This document shows, in pieces, positions 1 to 7,539 of a DNA stretch of 39,005 nt; the first letter of the stretch is position 1, and each line of letters begins with the position of its first letter. The position numbers were made by a program, and so were the translations under genes. The notes beneath the pieces were generated by a model. The model was given only the letters and a program-made list of their open reading frames with translations. It made no database searches and was not told the DNA's origin. The stretch spans positions 1 through 39,005 of the IMG/VR virus record IMGVR_UViG_3300038393_001017; one strand, 5' to 3'. This DNA is from a virus (taxonomy: Duplodnaviria > Caudoviricetes).

Positions 1-230
1 GGGGAAAGGTGCTCGCGGATTTCCGCGCCGTTCGCGGAGTTCCGTGGATTTCCGTGGATTTCCTCGGAGTTCCGTGGAACGCGATGGCGCTCACGATCCT
101 TGGCCTTGCGGCCGTCAAGCACAGCTTGGGCGCTCTCTCCCGCGAAGAGGTGCTGCGCTATTTCAGCCAAGAGATCTGGATCAACATTCTCTCTAGCCAA
201 ACGGGATACCAAGGCGGCGGCCGCGCTCAT
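1..230 (-). CDS. Replication initiator, N-terminal part; continues across the circular junction into 39005..38639 (198 aa total)
   Basis: ATG at 230 overlaps the stop of 227..421. It reads MSAAAALVSRLARENVDPDLLAEIAQHLFAGESAQAVLDGRKAKDRERHR... with no stop to base 1 and stays in frame when joined to base 39005. The internal tandem repeats and charged 'KDRER' linker resemble lambdoid initiators. Confidence 0.75.
   Translation of the reverse strand, partial: MSAAAALVSRLARENVDPDLLAEIAQHLFAGESAQAVLDGRKAKDRERHRVPRNSEEIHGNPRNSANGAEIREHLS
17..79. repeat. Tandem 10-bp iterons GGA(T/G)TTCCGT, probable replication origin
   Basis: Copies: ggatttccgc (17), ggagttccgt (36), ggatttccgt (46), ggatttcctc (56), ggagttccgt (66). 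They lie inside the initiator gene, as with the lambda O iterons. Confidence 0.75.
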
Positions 231-421
231 GCCGGTAGTCTATCCGGCTTTTGGCTGGGAACGACACGTGAACAAACTCGCTTCGCTCCCTTCCTTTTGG
301 CGAGCGCACGGGCCTGTTCGATCGTCAGAAATTCAGCAGGTCTTGGCCCACCCAAACGGGACGACACGAGCAGCCCCTGCCGTGGAAAACTGTCGAGGGG
401 ATAGAAGCGATAGCTGCTCAT
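227..421 (-). CDS. Hypothetical protein
   Basis: 64-aa ORF tightly coupled to both neighbours in the early operon. Confidence 0.55.
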   Translation of the reverse strand: MSSYRFYPLDSFPRQGLLVSSRLGGPRPAEFLTIEQARALAKRKGAKRVCSRVVPSQKPDRLPA

Positions 422-669
422 GCTAGGTCGCTCGGCAACAGGGCTTCGCGCTCGAGCCTCTTCAGGAGATCCAGTTCTTCACTGCGATACTGCGCCAGCC
501 TTCCATATTCCCTCATGCGGGCCACATGCTGGTCGACGGACCTGGGCGTACGCTTGAGCCTGCGAGCAATCGCCTTGTGCGACACGCCCTCGCGCTTGGC
601 GCGGATCAGCAATCGCTCTTCGCGTTCCGTCCAGGGATAGCGGTGGCGCGCTTGTACGTCGCGGCGCAT
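418..669 (-). CDS. HTH protein with GcrA/Myb-like N-terminus
   Basis: YPWTEREERLL...GVSHKAIARRLKRTPRSVDQHV matches a W-T-x-x-E plus HTH pattern. The ATG at 669 overlaps the RusA stop. Confidence 0.6.
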   Translation of the reverse strand: MRRDVQARHRYPWTEREERLLIRAKREGVSHKAIARRLKRTPRSVDQHVARMREYGRLAQYRSEELDLLKRLEREALLPSDLA

Positions 670-1031
670 CAGCTGATCCTCACGATGAGCTTGCCGCGCT
701 GCGTTCGCTCGGCCCATTCTACGGTCGGGGCTTCGAAGTTTCGGTCGTTGATGCCGAGCACGTCAGCGATCCCGTCAATGAAACTTTTTGTTTGGGCTAT
801 GAGGTTGTCGGAATCGCCAGTGCGCCAAGCCTTGGGCGGGTGAGCGATGAGGTGGACCTTGATCCTGTCCCCGGCGGGATGCCATTTGACCGGCATGGCA
901 ATTCGGGTTGCCCAGCCAGCCTCGGTTTTCGCTGCCTTCCGGAAACGATGAAGTACCATGTGATGCACCGAAGTGTTGGGGCTCAACTCTCTCGCCGGCC
1001 AGCCCACTTCGATGTCGAGAGCCTCGCTCAT
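669..1031 (-). CDS. rusA: RusA-like Holliday junction resolvase
   Basis: Contains WP...SPN and DSDNLIAQTKSFIDGIADVLGINDRNF (D-x-DN...K...D motif). Start placed at the ATGA overlap at 1031. Confidence 0.7.
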   Translation of the reverse strand: MSEALDIEVGWPARELSPNTSVHHMVLHRFRKAAKTEAGWATRIAMPVKWHPAGDRIKVHLIAHPPKAWRTGDSDNLIAQTKSFIDGIADVLGINDRNFEAPTVEWAERTQRGKLIVRIS

Positions 1032-1351
1032 GCCGCCCTCGCAATCGGCGGCAAGGACCAGACAATCGCTCGCTTCCCCGACGAGTTCTCGCGCCGCGTG
1101 CCAGTATCCACGATCTTCCACATCGCGGCGAGTTCAGAGAACCGCGGCCGGATGCTGAGCTTGTCGATGTTGAGCCGGTCAGCGCATTCATCGGCGGTCA
1201 GGGGACCGTGACGGCTCAATGCGTCGAGACATAGCCCTTGGAGACGTTTGGCCTTGGGCTTGAGGCTCTGGGCGGCTTCCTGTGCCGTCTCGCGGGCCTT
1301 GAAGCCCGGGACCAGCGGATACCGCTCGGCATAGGTGAAGAGGTCGGTCAT
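1028..1351 (-). CDS. Winged-helix DNA-binding protein
   Basis: GPLTADECADRLNIDKLSIRPRFSEL...IVDTGTRR..SGKRAIVW is a wHTH pattern common in phage early regions. Confidence 0.65.
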   Translation of the reverse strand: MTDLFTYAERYPLVPGFKARETAQEAAQSLKPKAKRLQGLCLDALSRHGPLTADECADRLNIDKLSIRPRFSELAAMWKIVDTGTRRENSSGKRAIVWSLPPIARAA

Positions 1352-1473
1352 TTGACCAGACCGTGGATGATGAGGGCGGCGCCGACGTAGATCCCGCCGA
1401 GCGTCACCCCGAGGGTGAAATTCGCCAGCCCGTAAAGGTAATTAAGCCCGAGGCGTCGGATCAGCTTGGTCAT
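1348..1473 (-). CDS. Small hydrophobic protein (41 aa), not in the ORF track
   Basis: MTKLIRRLGLNYLYGLANFTLGVTLGGIYVGAALIIHGLVK, with ATGA overlaps at both ends. Confidence 0.6.
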   Translation of the reverse strand: MTKLIRRLGLNYLYGLANFTLGVTLGGIYVGAALIIHGLVK

Positions 1474-1817
1474 GCGCCGATTTCCTTTCGCAACGCGCTG
1501 ACTTCGCGCTCTATTCTCTCGAATCGCTCGGCGGCGGTTGGCTCGCTAATCGGCTCGAGCTCCCAGAGCTGGCGGATGCAGGCGCAGTGCTGTGGATATT
1601 TGCGCAACAGGCGCGCTACCGTGTCGAACTTCAGGAGGTTCCGTTCGGCCTCAGCGTTCTCAACGGTGCTGGCATCGCACCGGAGCTCGAAGGCCAATTC
1701 TGCGTTCGTCAGCCCTTCAGCGTACTTCGTTTTGCGAATGGCTGTAGCTATTGCGGCGGCGGAACATTTTCCGTCAGGCTCAGGAAATATGGGCAAGACG
1801 TTAGGAAGGGAGGCCAT
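1470..1817 (-). CDS. XRE-type HTH regulator (CII-like position)
   Basis: GLTNAELAFELRCDASTVENAE is an HTH; the gene lies downstream of cro. Confidence 0.6.
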   Translation of the reverse strand: MASLPNVLPIFPEPDGKCSAAAIATAIRKTKYAEGLTNAELAFELRCDASTVENAEAERNLLKFDTVARLLRKYPQHCACIRQLWELEPISEPTAAERFERIEREVSALRKEIGA

Positions 1818-2077
1818 TAAAAGCCCTCCCTGCGATGTGCGATATCGCTCGTCTTGTACCGCGTAAGCGACGGTCCGCGCTCATGCTCGGCCCTCCCCCC
1901 GCCAGTTCCGCGGGCCGTCGCCTCTTCTGGCAACGCGGGAATGTCGCCGTAGACATCGGCGCAGAGCTCATCGGCAAATGTAGCGAACCCGGCCCACAGA
2001 TGGCCAAGCAGGCGCGAAGCTATGTAAGCGCCGCTCAGTCCAATGCCGAGATAGGTAAGTTCCCCCCATATCCGCAT
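1817..2077 (-). CDS. Hypothetical protein with hydrophobic N-terminus
   Basis: Its stop overlaps the ATG of the next gene. The start is uncertain. Confidence 0.4.
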   Translation of the reverse strand: MRIWGELTYLGIGLSGAYIASRLLGHLWAGFATFADELCADVYGDIPALPEEATARGTGGGRAEHERGPSLTRYKTSDIAHRREGF

Positions 2078-2186
2078 CAGCTTGGTCCGTCTGGCAAAAA
2101 ATGGCCCGACGTGGGGGCAATACGCCGGGCCAAGTGGGCGCGCCAAAGGGGGGCAAGACGCGCGAGAATTACAACGACGCGGCGGC

Positions 2187-2408
2187 TCACGCGGCCGCTC
2201 GGCGGTCGCCTTCTAGACGATCCAAAACTTCGGTGATCGCGGACAGGCTTCGAATGGTCGCGCCTATCGGGTGAGGGTTACGCTCGCTTTTCTTCCAGCG
2301 AGAGAAGGTTGTTGGGTGGACCTTCGCTTGCGAACACACTTCCCCCATCGGGACGTTTAGCTTGGCGGCACGGTCCTCGATGGCGGCGATGATGTCCTGC
2401 TGGTCCAT
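2187..2408 (-). CDS. cro: Cro-like repressor
   Basis: 73-aa HTH protein (VCSQAKVHPTTFSRWK) divergent from cI. Confidence 0.75.
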   Translation of the reverse strand: MDQQDIIAAIEDRAAKLNVPMGEVCSQAKVHPTTFSRWKKSERNPHPIGATIRSLSAITEVLDRLEGDRRAAA

Positions 2409-2503
2409 GCGGACCTATTTAGCAGGATTGCCAAACCGTGCAAACAATTTCTTTGCATTCTTGCAGCGAGCGCAGTCTTAGCATTCTCGCTAAACTGTAC
2501 GGC
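2409..2503. promoter_or_regulatory. OR region: divergent PR/PRM promoters with three TTAGCA-N4-TGCTAA-like operators
   Basis: Sites at 2419-2434 (TTAGCAggatTGCCAA), 2452-2467 (TTTGCAttctTGCAGC) and 2478-2493 (TTAGCAttctCGCTAA). PR on the minus strand is TTGCAC-N16-TAAATA; the PRM -10 is TAAACT at 2491-2496. Confidence 0.75.
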
Positions 2504-3220
2504 ATGGGCGCAACCGAATCTGACCACCAGCTAATCAAGGATTTGGTAGACTCTGAGGAAAAAGGCGTGGCGCTCCGCGTCGCCAACAAAATCGGCGTGG
2601 CTGCGTCCACCATCAACCGCCATTACAACGGGACAGCCACAACAAGGCTTGGTCGAGATACCCTCGCCAAGCTCCGGGAACATTATCCTGACTTTCACGG
2701 TTGGTTAACTTCGGGCGCTAAAGTACGCAGTGAAGTCTCGGGGTTCAGGGAACGCCCTCTAGAGGAGATGTTCGGAACATCTCAGCTGCCGGCCATTCCC
2801 CTTGTAGGGTCCGCTCTTGGCATGAGTTCGTTCGATCCGGAGCGCGATATTGAGCTAACAGAGCTCGACATGGCCGACGTGCTCGGACACCTGAAGAGGC
2901 CAGACAGTCTAGCCGATGACAGCGGCGCCTACGCGCTCACAGTGATCGGCGATTCCATGTCTCCGAAGTTCGACCCAGGCGCCCGCATTATCGTCAGTCC
3001 CAAAGCCACCATTTCGATCCGGGATTATGTGGTGGTTCAGCTCAAAAGCCCCGATCCAGAAGACCAGTACGAGGAACGCATCACCGCAGTGCTGGTGAAG
3101 CGGCTGGTGCGCCGGAGCGGCACATTTGTTGAGCTTGAGCAGTTCGAACCGCAGCTCGCGTTCCGCGTCGAACAGAGCCGCATCGCCGCTATCCACAAGG
3201 TAATCGGAGAGGCTTTCTGA
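2504..3220 (+). CDS. cI: CI-like repressor with C-terminal S24 peptidase domain
   Basis: N-terminal HTH (VANKIGVAASTINRH); C-terminal YALTVIGDSMSP and LVKRL carry the catalytic Ser/Lys. ATG 2504 preferred over GTG 2438, which lies within the operators. Confidence 0.88.
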   Translation: MGATESDHQLIKDLVDSEEKGVALRVANKIGVAASTINRHYNGTATTRLGRDTLAKLREHYPDFHGWLTSGAKVRSEVSGFRERPLEEMFGTSQLPAIPLVGSALGMSSFDPERDIELTELDMADVLGHLKRPDSLADDSGAYALTVIGDSMSPKFDPGARIIVSPKATISIRDYVVVQLKSPDPEDQYEERITAVLVKRLVRRSGTFVELEQFEPQLAFRVEQSRIAAIHKVIGEAF

Positions 3221-3242
3221 CGCCTCGAGCCGCCTAAATAAT

Positions 3243-3300
3243 TTTAGCATCCGTGCAAAATAAGGGTTGCATGCCTTAGCAATCGTGCTAAACGTGGGGA
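3243..3300 (+). promoter_or_regulatory. OL region with PL promoter
   Basis: Operators at 3244-3259 (TTAGCAtccgTGCAAA) and 3276-3291 (TTAGCAatcgTGCTAA, perfect half-sites). Promoter TTGCAT-N16-TAAACG. Confidence 0.75.
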
Positions 3301-3567
3301 ATGGAACGCACTCCCCTTCCCCTGGCCTCTGCTCGGGACAACCCGCCTGTCATCGCAATTCGCCGGAAACGGGAAGCGCTCAAGACGCTCCTCGGTTTGC
3401 AGCGCGACAATGCTCATGCCGATGGTCGCGGCGCGCTGGCGAATATGTACGCCGGTTACATCATCCGCGTTGATGCTGGTCGATACGATGACCGCCTAGA
3501 CAACTTCATCGCCGAAGCTCGCGCGGAACTGTCCGATCGCATCCTTGATGAGCGGGAGGAGGGATGA
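3301..3567 (+). CDS. Hypothetical protein, first PL gene
   Basis: 88-aa ORF directly after PL and coupled to the next gene. Confidence 0.6.
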   Translation: MERTPLPLASARDNPPVIAIRRKREALKTLLGLQRDNAHADGRGALANMYAGYIIRVDAGRYDDRLDNFIAEARAELSDRILDEREEG

Positions 3568-3920
3568 TGGCCCCTGATTTCACAATCCAAGAAGTGCTTG
3601 CGTGGGCAAGGACTAAGCCTGCGGATGAGGCTTATGATTACGGCGATTCCTTCACTTGCGCATTAGCCAAGTTTGGCAAAGCCACAAACCGTCCGCATTG
3701 CATTGGCTGCGAGGGGACTCAGCTCCTGCGGGAAATGCCCGTCCTCAAGGCGGCGCTGAACCCGGGCGCAGATGAGCTTCGCGCTGGCTTGCCGCTTTAC
3801 AAGACATACGGAGCGCTCGTTCAGCGGCTCGAATACCAATGCCCCTCCGCGCCCGTGCCGGCGTCCGAGTGGACCGCGATCAACGCATACCTCAGTGACA
3901 TCGAACTGGCGAGGGCCTGA
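3564..3920 (+). CDS. Hypothetical protein
   Basis: GGAGG RBS and overlaps at both ends. Confidence 0.65.
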   Translation: MMAPDFTIQEVLAWARTKPADEAYDYGDSFTCALAKFGKATNRPHCIGCEGTQLLREMPVLKAALNPGADELRAGLPLYKTYGALVQRLEYQCPSAPVPASEWTAINAYLSDIELARA

Positions 3921-4852
3921 TGTCGCTGCTCCCCACCTGCACCGTATGTGACGCCCTCCTCAAGACCAGCGGAGAGACACGCTGCGAGCGCTGCAAGCAA
4001 TCCTGTCCCGTCTGCAAAGGCGATACAGCTTATTGTCACCACCCATTACCGGAACGTGCTGAGCTTGATCCGAAACCAGTGGGTGGGGGATGGTGCTCGA
4101 TGATCGAGTCTGCGACCATCGGGCGAGCTACGCTATACCGGGGCGATTGCATCGAAATCAGCCAGAGCTTCGCGGAGAATAGCTTTGATGCGGTTCTGAC
4201 GGATCCTCCTTATAGCAGCGGGACGCGGCGCGAGGGTGCCAAGGGCATTCGCAAAAGCATGAACCGCGAAACTGACAACGAGGAATGGTTCTCGAGCGAC
4301 AGTCTCACAACGGACGGGTTCTGGTGGTTGATGCACGCGAACGCCCTTCAGTGGAAGCGCGTGCTTCGCGACGGATCTCATATTCTCGCATTCATCGATT
4401 GGCGCATGTGGCCGCACATGTCCGGAGCAATCGAAGCTGCGGATCTGCGGCGGTTCGGAATGCTTGTCTGGGACAAGGCCCACTTCGGAATGGGCATGTA
4501 TTTCCGAAACCAGCACGAACTCATCATGCACTTCACCAAAGGGAAGGGCAAGGACGCTCAACGCCACGATGTAGGCAACGTCATCCGCACCAAGCGCGTG
4601 AGCGGCGATGATGCTCAACACCTTACGCAGAAGCCGGTAGATCTCCTTGGGCGGCTTCTGTCAGTCATCAGTGCGCCGACGGACACCGTGTTCGACCCGT
4701 TCATGGGATCGGGGAGCACGGGTGTTGCCTGCATGGAACTTGGGCGCTCGTTCGTCGGAATTGAGGTCGAGCCCAAGTATTTCGACATCGCCTGCAAACG
4801 GATTGAGGACGCTCAGCGTCAAGGCGATTTCTTCATGGGAGAGGCCGCATGA
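3920..4852 (+). CDS. Orphan N4-C/N6-A DNA methyltransferase (beta class) with a Cys-rich N-terminal extension
   Basis: DPPY motif precedes FDPFMGSGSTG; also H-x-TQKP. An alternative start lies near 4100 (MIESATIG). Confidence 0.9.
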   Translation: MSLLPTCTVCDALLKTSGETRCERCKQSCPVCKGDTAYCHHPLPERAELDPKPVGGGWCSMIESATIGRATLYRGDCIEISQSFAENSFDAVLTDPPYSSGTRREGAKGIRKSMNRETDNEEWFSSDSLTTDGFWWLMHANALQWKRVLRDGSHILAFIDWRMWPHMSGAIEAADLRRFGMLVWDKAHFGMGMYFRNQHELIMHFTKGKGKDAQRHDVGNVIRTKRVSGDDAQHLTQKPVDLLGRLLSVISAPTDTVFDPFMGSGSTGVACMELGRSFVGIEVEPKYFDIACKRIEDAQRQGDFFMGEAA

Positions 4853-4932
4853 TCCCCGCCCTCAAACCCATCCTCACCAAACCCCGCCCCCTAAACCATT
4901 CGGCGACCATCGCTATCGCGAGGAAAGCGTGA
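4849..4932 (+). CDS. 27-aa peptide MIPALKPILTKPRPLNHSATIAIARKA
   Basis: ATGA overlap with the MTase stop and TGATG overlap with the next gene. Paralogous to the start of 5263..5421. Confidence 0.5.
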   Translation: MIPALKPILTKPRPLNHSATIAIARKA

Positions 4933-5114
4933 TGCCCGGCCCTGAAGCAATTCCGCCGCCTCGCGCTCCATTCGCCTATCCTCGTGGCGAACGCTTCCGG
5001 CGCGACGACCCAGACGAGACTGAGGGCCGCCGAATATATCGCTCGCTTGCCAACGGTCAGGCGCGGATGGCGATGGCTCTCGCCCGTCGCGTAAAATTGA
5101 AGCGCGATCAATGA
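4932..5114 (+). CDS. Hypothetical protein (60 aa)
   Basis: AGGA RBS and coupled start; this is the 3' part of track ORF 4647..5114. Confidence 0.5.
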   Translation: MPGPEAIPPPRAPFAYPRGERFRRDDPDETEGRRIYRSLANGQARMAMALARRVKLKRDQ

Positions 5115-5266
5115 AGCGCGAACTCAACCCTCCGCATGTGATTGCGCTTCGCCTCATCGCACTGCCGCTCATTGGGCTCGGCAAGATTGGTGCGTGGCTC
5201 TGGGACGTTGGACTGCCGGGCGAACGATGGACCGACGATGACAGCGTGTGGAACACCAAGCCATGA
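5111..5266 (+). CDS. Small hydrophobic protein (51 aa)
   Basis: MKRELNPPHVIALRLIALPLIGLGKIGAWLWDVG..., with ATGA overlaps at both ends. Confidence 0.5.
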   Translation: MKRELNPPHVIALRLIALPLIGLGKIGAWLWDVGLPGERWTDDDSVWNTKP

Positions 5267-5421
5267 ATATCCCCGCCCTCAAACCAATCGAAGTCAAGCC
5301 CCGCCCCCTAAACAAGAGACTATGGACCCTTATCAGCAAAGACATAGCCGGAACAGCAACAGCTGATGAACTGGCTGAACTTAATTCCATGATGAAACAA
5401 TCTGAGGGTGATGAAGAATGA
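5263..5421 (+). CDS. 52-aa protein MNIPALKPIEVKPRPLNKRLW...
   Basis: ATGA overlaps at both ends. Confidence 0.55.
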   Translation: MNIPALKPIEVKPRPLNKRLWTLISKDIAGTATADELAELNSMMKQSEGDEE

Positions 5422-5882
5422 GCGAGGCTAGATTTTACATCGATTGCGAGTTCGACGGTCACGGCGGCGCGCTGCTGAGTTTTGGAATCGTCCGCGAAGA
5501 TGGGTTTGGAGCTCACTTCAAGACGACCGCAGAGGCGCGTGACCCGTGGGTTCGCGAGAATGTCGCCACGCTAATGCGCCTGCATGATGCTGATGTGTCT
5601 AGTGACCACCTGACTATCAACGAGGTCGGCAGCGCGCTTAGGTACTTCATTGGCGACTGCGACAGCCCCGTGATTATCGCCGATAGCCCTGTGGATATCG
5701 GGCGCTTTTGTCAGGCCATTTCGACCGACAAGGACGGCGGATGGTGCTCAACCGATTACCCGCGAATGACGTTCGAGGTTCACAACGTCGATTGCTACCC
5801 GACCGACCTAGAGGGCGCTGTCCAGCATAATGCTTATTGGGACGCAATGGCGCTTCGCCACAAGCTCGCGGCCTCCGCATGA
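5418..5882 (+). CDS. DEDDh 3'-5' exo(ribo)nuclease, Rv2179c/RNase AS-like
   Basis: FYIDCEF (ExoI motif) and HNAYWDA (ExoIII H-x4-D). Confidence 0.75.
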   Translation: MSEARFYIDCEFDGHGGALLSFGIVREDGFGAHFKTTAEARDPWVRENVATLMRLHDADVSSDHLTINEVGSALRYFIGDCDSPVIIADSPVDIGRFCQAISTDKDGGWCSTDYPRMTFEVHNVDCYPTDLEGAVQHNAYWDAMALRHKLAASA

Positions 5883-6022
5883 CCCATACACTTAAGGTCT
5901 ATCCGGATGAGGGTTGGGCGATGCGCTGTTTCACGCGCCGCTCTGGCTTGCTTCGCACTGAGCCCGTCTGCGCGGTCTCAGCCCTTCGGGAGCCTGCCGC
6001 TATCGCACGGGGCGCGCTGTGA
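5879..6022 (+). CDS. Hypothetical protein
   Basis: ATGA/GTGA coupling at both ends. Confidence 0.4.
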   Translation: MTHTLKVYPDEGWAMRCFTRRSGLLRTEPVCAVSALREPAAIARGAL

Positions 6023-6354
6023 TCGCTCAGCCTTCAAACGACCACTGCACTTGTTGCGAGGTCATCGGGGAAGACCCCAGATGCGCTCTCCACGGCTACG
6101 GGACCGCATGGAGGGAAGCCAATCCCGACTTGTGTCCTGAATGCGGCGAGCCAGCGTGTTTCTGCCCTGAAGGGGTCAAGGAGCCGTCCGTTCAATGGAG
6201 TGGCATGTTCGACGAACGCGATAGCGATGGCACCGCGATAGCGGCGGATTGCGAAGACAATCCGGTCCCTAAGGACTGCCAAGTGCGGGCTGAAAGCATC
6301 GCCCAAACAGTATCGCCCAACAGCCAACCTTCAGGACATGGGAGGCAAGAGTGA
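6019..6354 (+). CDS. Cys-rich hypothetical protein containing structured element copy A
   Basis: HCTCC, CPEC and CFC motifs; coupled to neighbours. Confidence 0.5.
   Translation: MIAQPSNDHCTCCEVIGEDPRCALHGYGTAWREANPDLCPECGEPACFCPEGVKEPSVQWSGMFDERDSDGTAIAADCEDNPVPKDCQVRAESIAQTVSPNSQPSGHGRQE
6224..6307 (+). repeat. Multi-hairpin structured element, copy A (most divergent)
   Basis: GCGATG...CATCGC encloses CCGC-gata-GCGG, CGGATTG-cgaaga-CAATCCG and GTCC-ctaa-GGAC, and the element ends in CGCCCAAA. Confidence 0.6.
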
Positions 6355-6596
6355 GTGAGGAACTGCTGAAGTTCGGGGCGAAGGCTTTTGACGCGCTGTT
6401 CGACGCCTTCGTTGACGGCCAATTCGAGATCGAGGTTTTCGACTTCATAGCTCGCGACGCTGTGAAAGCGGGACTTGTCGAGAAAGTGCCTTACGACCCC
6501 GAGGTTCACGACAATGGCGAGGATTGCGAACCGGGCGACGATTACTTCGTGCTCACGCCTGCTGGCAAGATCGCAAGAGATGGAGGGCGAGGGTGA
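6351..6596 (+). CDS. Hypothetical acidic protein
   Basis: GGGAGG RBS and GTGA overlaps. Confidence 0.65.
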   Translation: MSEELLKFGAKAFDALFDAFVDGQFEIEVFDFIARDAVKAGLVEKVPYDPEVHDNGEDCEPGDDYFVLTPAGKIARDGGRG

Positions 6597-6916
6597 GCGA
6601 CAACGAAAAGATGGACCGCGTCGGCAATGAACTTTGGCAGCGCACCAAAACCGATTGGGTGCTCACGCTCAGCCATGACCTGACCGAGCCGACTTGCCCT
6701 ACAGCCGTCATTCGTCCCGCTGATCGGGCGGAGAAACTGCAATACTGGCGCGCTGATGCCGACACAATAGACGAGGCAATCTCGCGGGTTGTCGATCTGG
6801 CTCATGCGGCACTGTTCGACGGTGCGCCCGGTACAGGAACGCCGTGGTCAGAACCGACACTTGCACCCGTTCCCACATCTCAAGCTCACAATAAAGGTAA
6901 CGGGAGGGATGGGTAA
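6593..6916 (+). CDS. Hypothetical protein
   Basis: GTG at 6593 with GGAGG/GAGG upstream, overlapping the previous stop. Confidence 0.6.
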   Translation: MSDNEKMDRVGNELWQRTKTDWVLTLSHDLTEPTCPTAVIRPADRAEKLQYWRADADTIDEAISRVVDLAHAALFDGAPGTGTPWSEPTLAPVPTSQAHNKGNGRDG

Positions 6917-7115
6917 AATGACGCGCCTTGTCAAGGTAGGCGACGCTCAGCTTTCCAAGGGCGTTTGGAATACCGTCCAGAAGCTTCGCAACATAGCTGA
7001 CAGTTTCGAACACGATCACATGCCCGCGTCTGCTGGGGCAATGCGCGAGGCCATCGCGCTTATTATCGAACTTGAGGGAAAGCTCCGCAAGCAATCTGAA
7101 AGGATTGGAGAATGA
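6909..7115 (+). CDS. Hypothetical protein
   Basis: GGGAGGG RBS; start at 6909 or 6918. Confidence 0.55.
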   Translation: MGKMTRLVKVGDAQLSKGVWNTVQKLRNIADSFEHDHMPASAGAMREAIALIIELEGKLRKQSERIGE

Positions 7116-7306
7116 GCGATTTCCGCAACGACAGGGTGATCCCGATTCCCGAACAAATCGACGCGTTGGGCGCGGTTCTGTCTAATCTGGATGAGGTACT
7201 CATGATAGACGCCGATAGGGCCGAAGCTTTGGTTTGGGCGTGGGAGGGAATGCGTTCGCGGGGCATCGTAGTCAGGCACACCCACAACCCACCGGAGCAC
7301 CCCTGA
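7112..7306 (+). CDS. Hypothetical protein
   Basis: GGAG RBS and ATGA overlap. Confidence 0.55.
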   Translation: MSDFRNDRVIPIPEQIDALGAVLSNLDEVLMIDADRAEALVWAWEGMRSRGIVVRHTHNPPEHP

Positions 7307-7539
7307 TGGATAACGTAGCTGAGAAACTGCGGGGGGCGAGAGCGCTGATCGAGCGCCTGCGGATGAAAGAGCATCGCGGCCAATACACGCCCGGCGGCGG
7401 GACAATCGACGCGACAGGCAAAGGCACGATGTGGGGCGGCGAGAAGATCATGGAGTACCGCAACCCCGACGGTCCGCAAGCCGCGCGGCTCTTGGAAGCC
7501 CTCATCGAACTGGTGGAGTCGAACAATGGACGGCTTTGA
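7306..7539 (+). CDS. Hypothetical protein
   Basis: TGATG overlap and GGAG upstream. Confidence 0.55.
   Translation: MDNVAEKLRGARALIERLRMKEHRGQYTPGGGTIDATGKGTMWGGEKIMEYRNPDGPQAARLLEALIELVESNNGRL

Noticed and set aside
17-79. CRISPR-like array
   Set aside because: The 10-bp units are abutting, have no spacers and lie inside a gene; no cas genes are present.
3920-5882. Restriction-modification system
   Set aside because: No recognisable restriction endonuclease next to the MTase.
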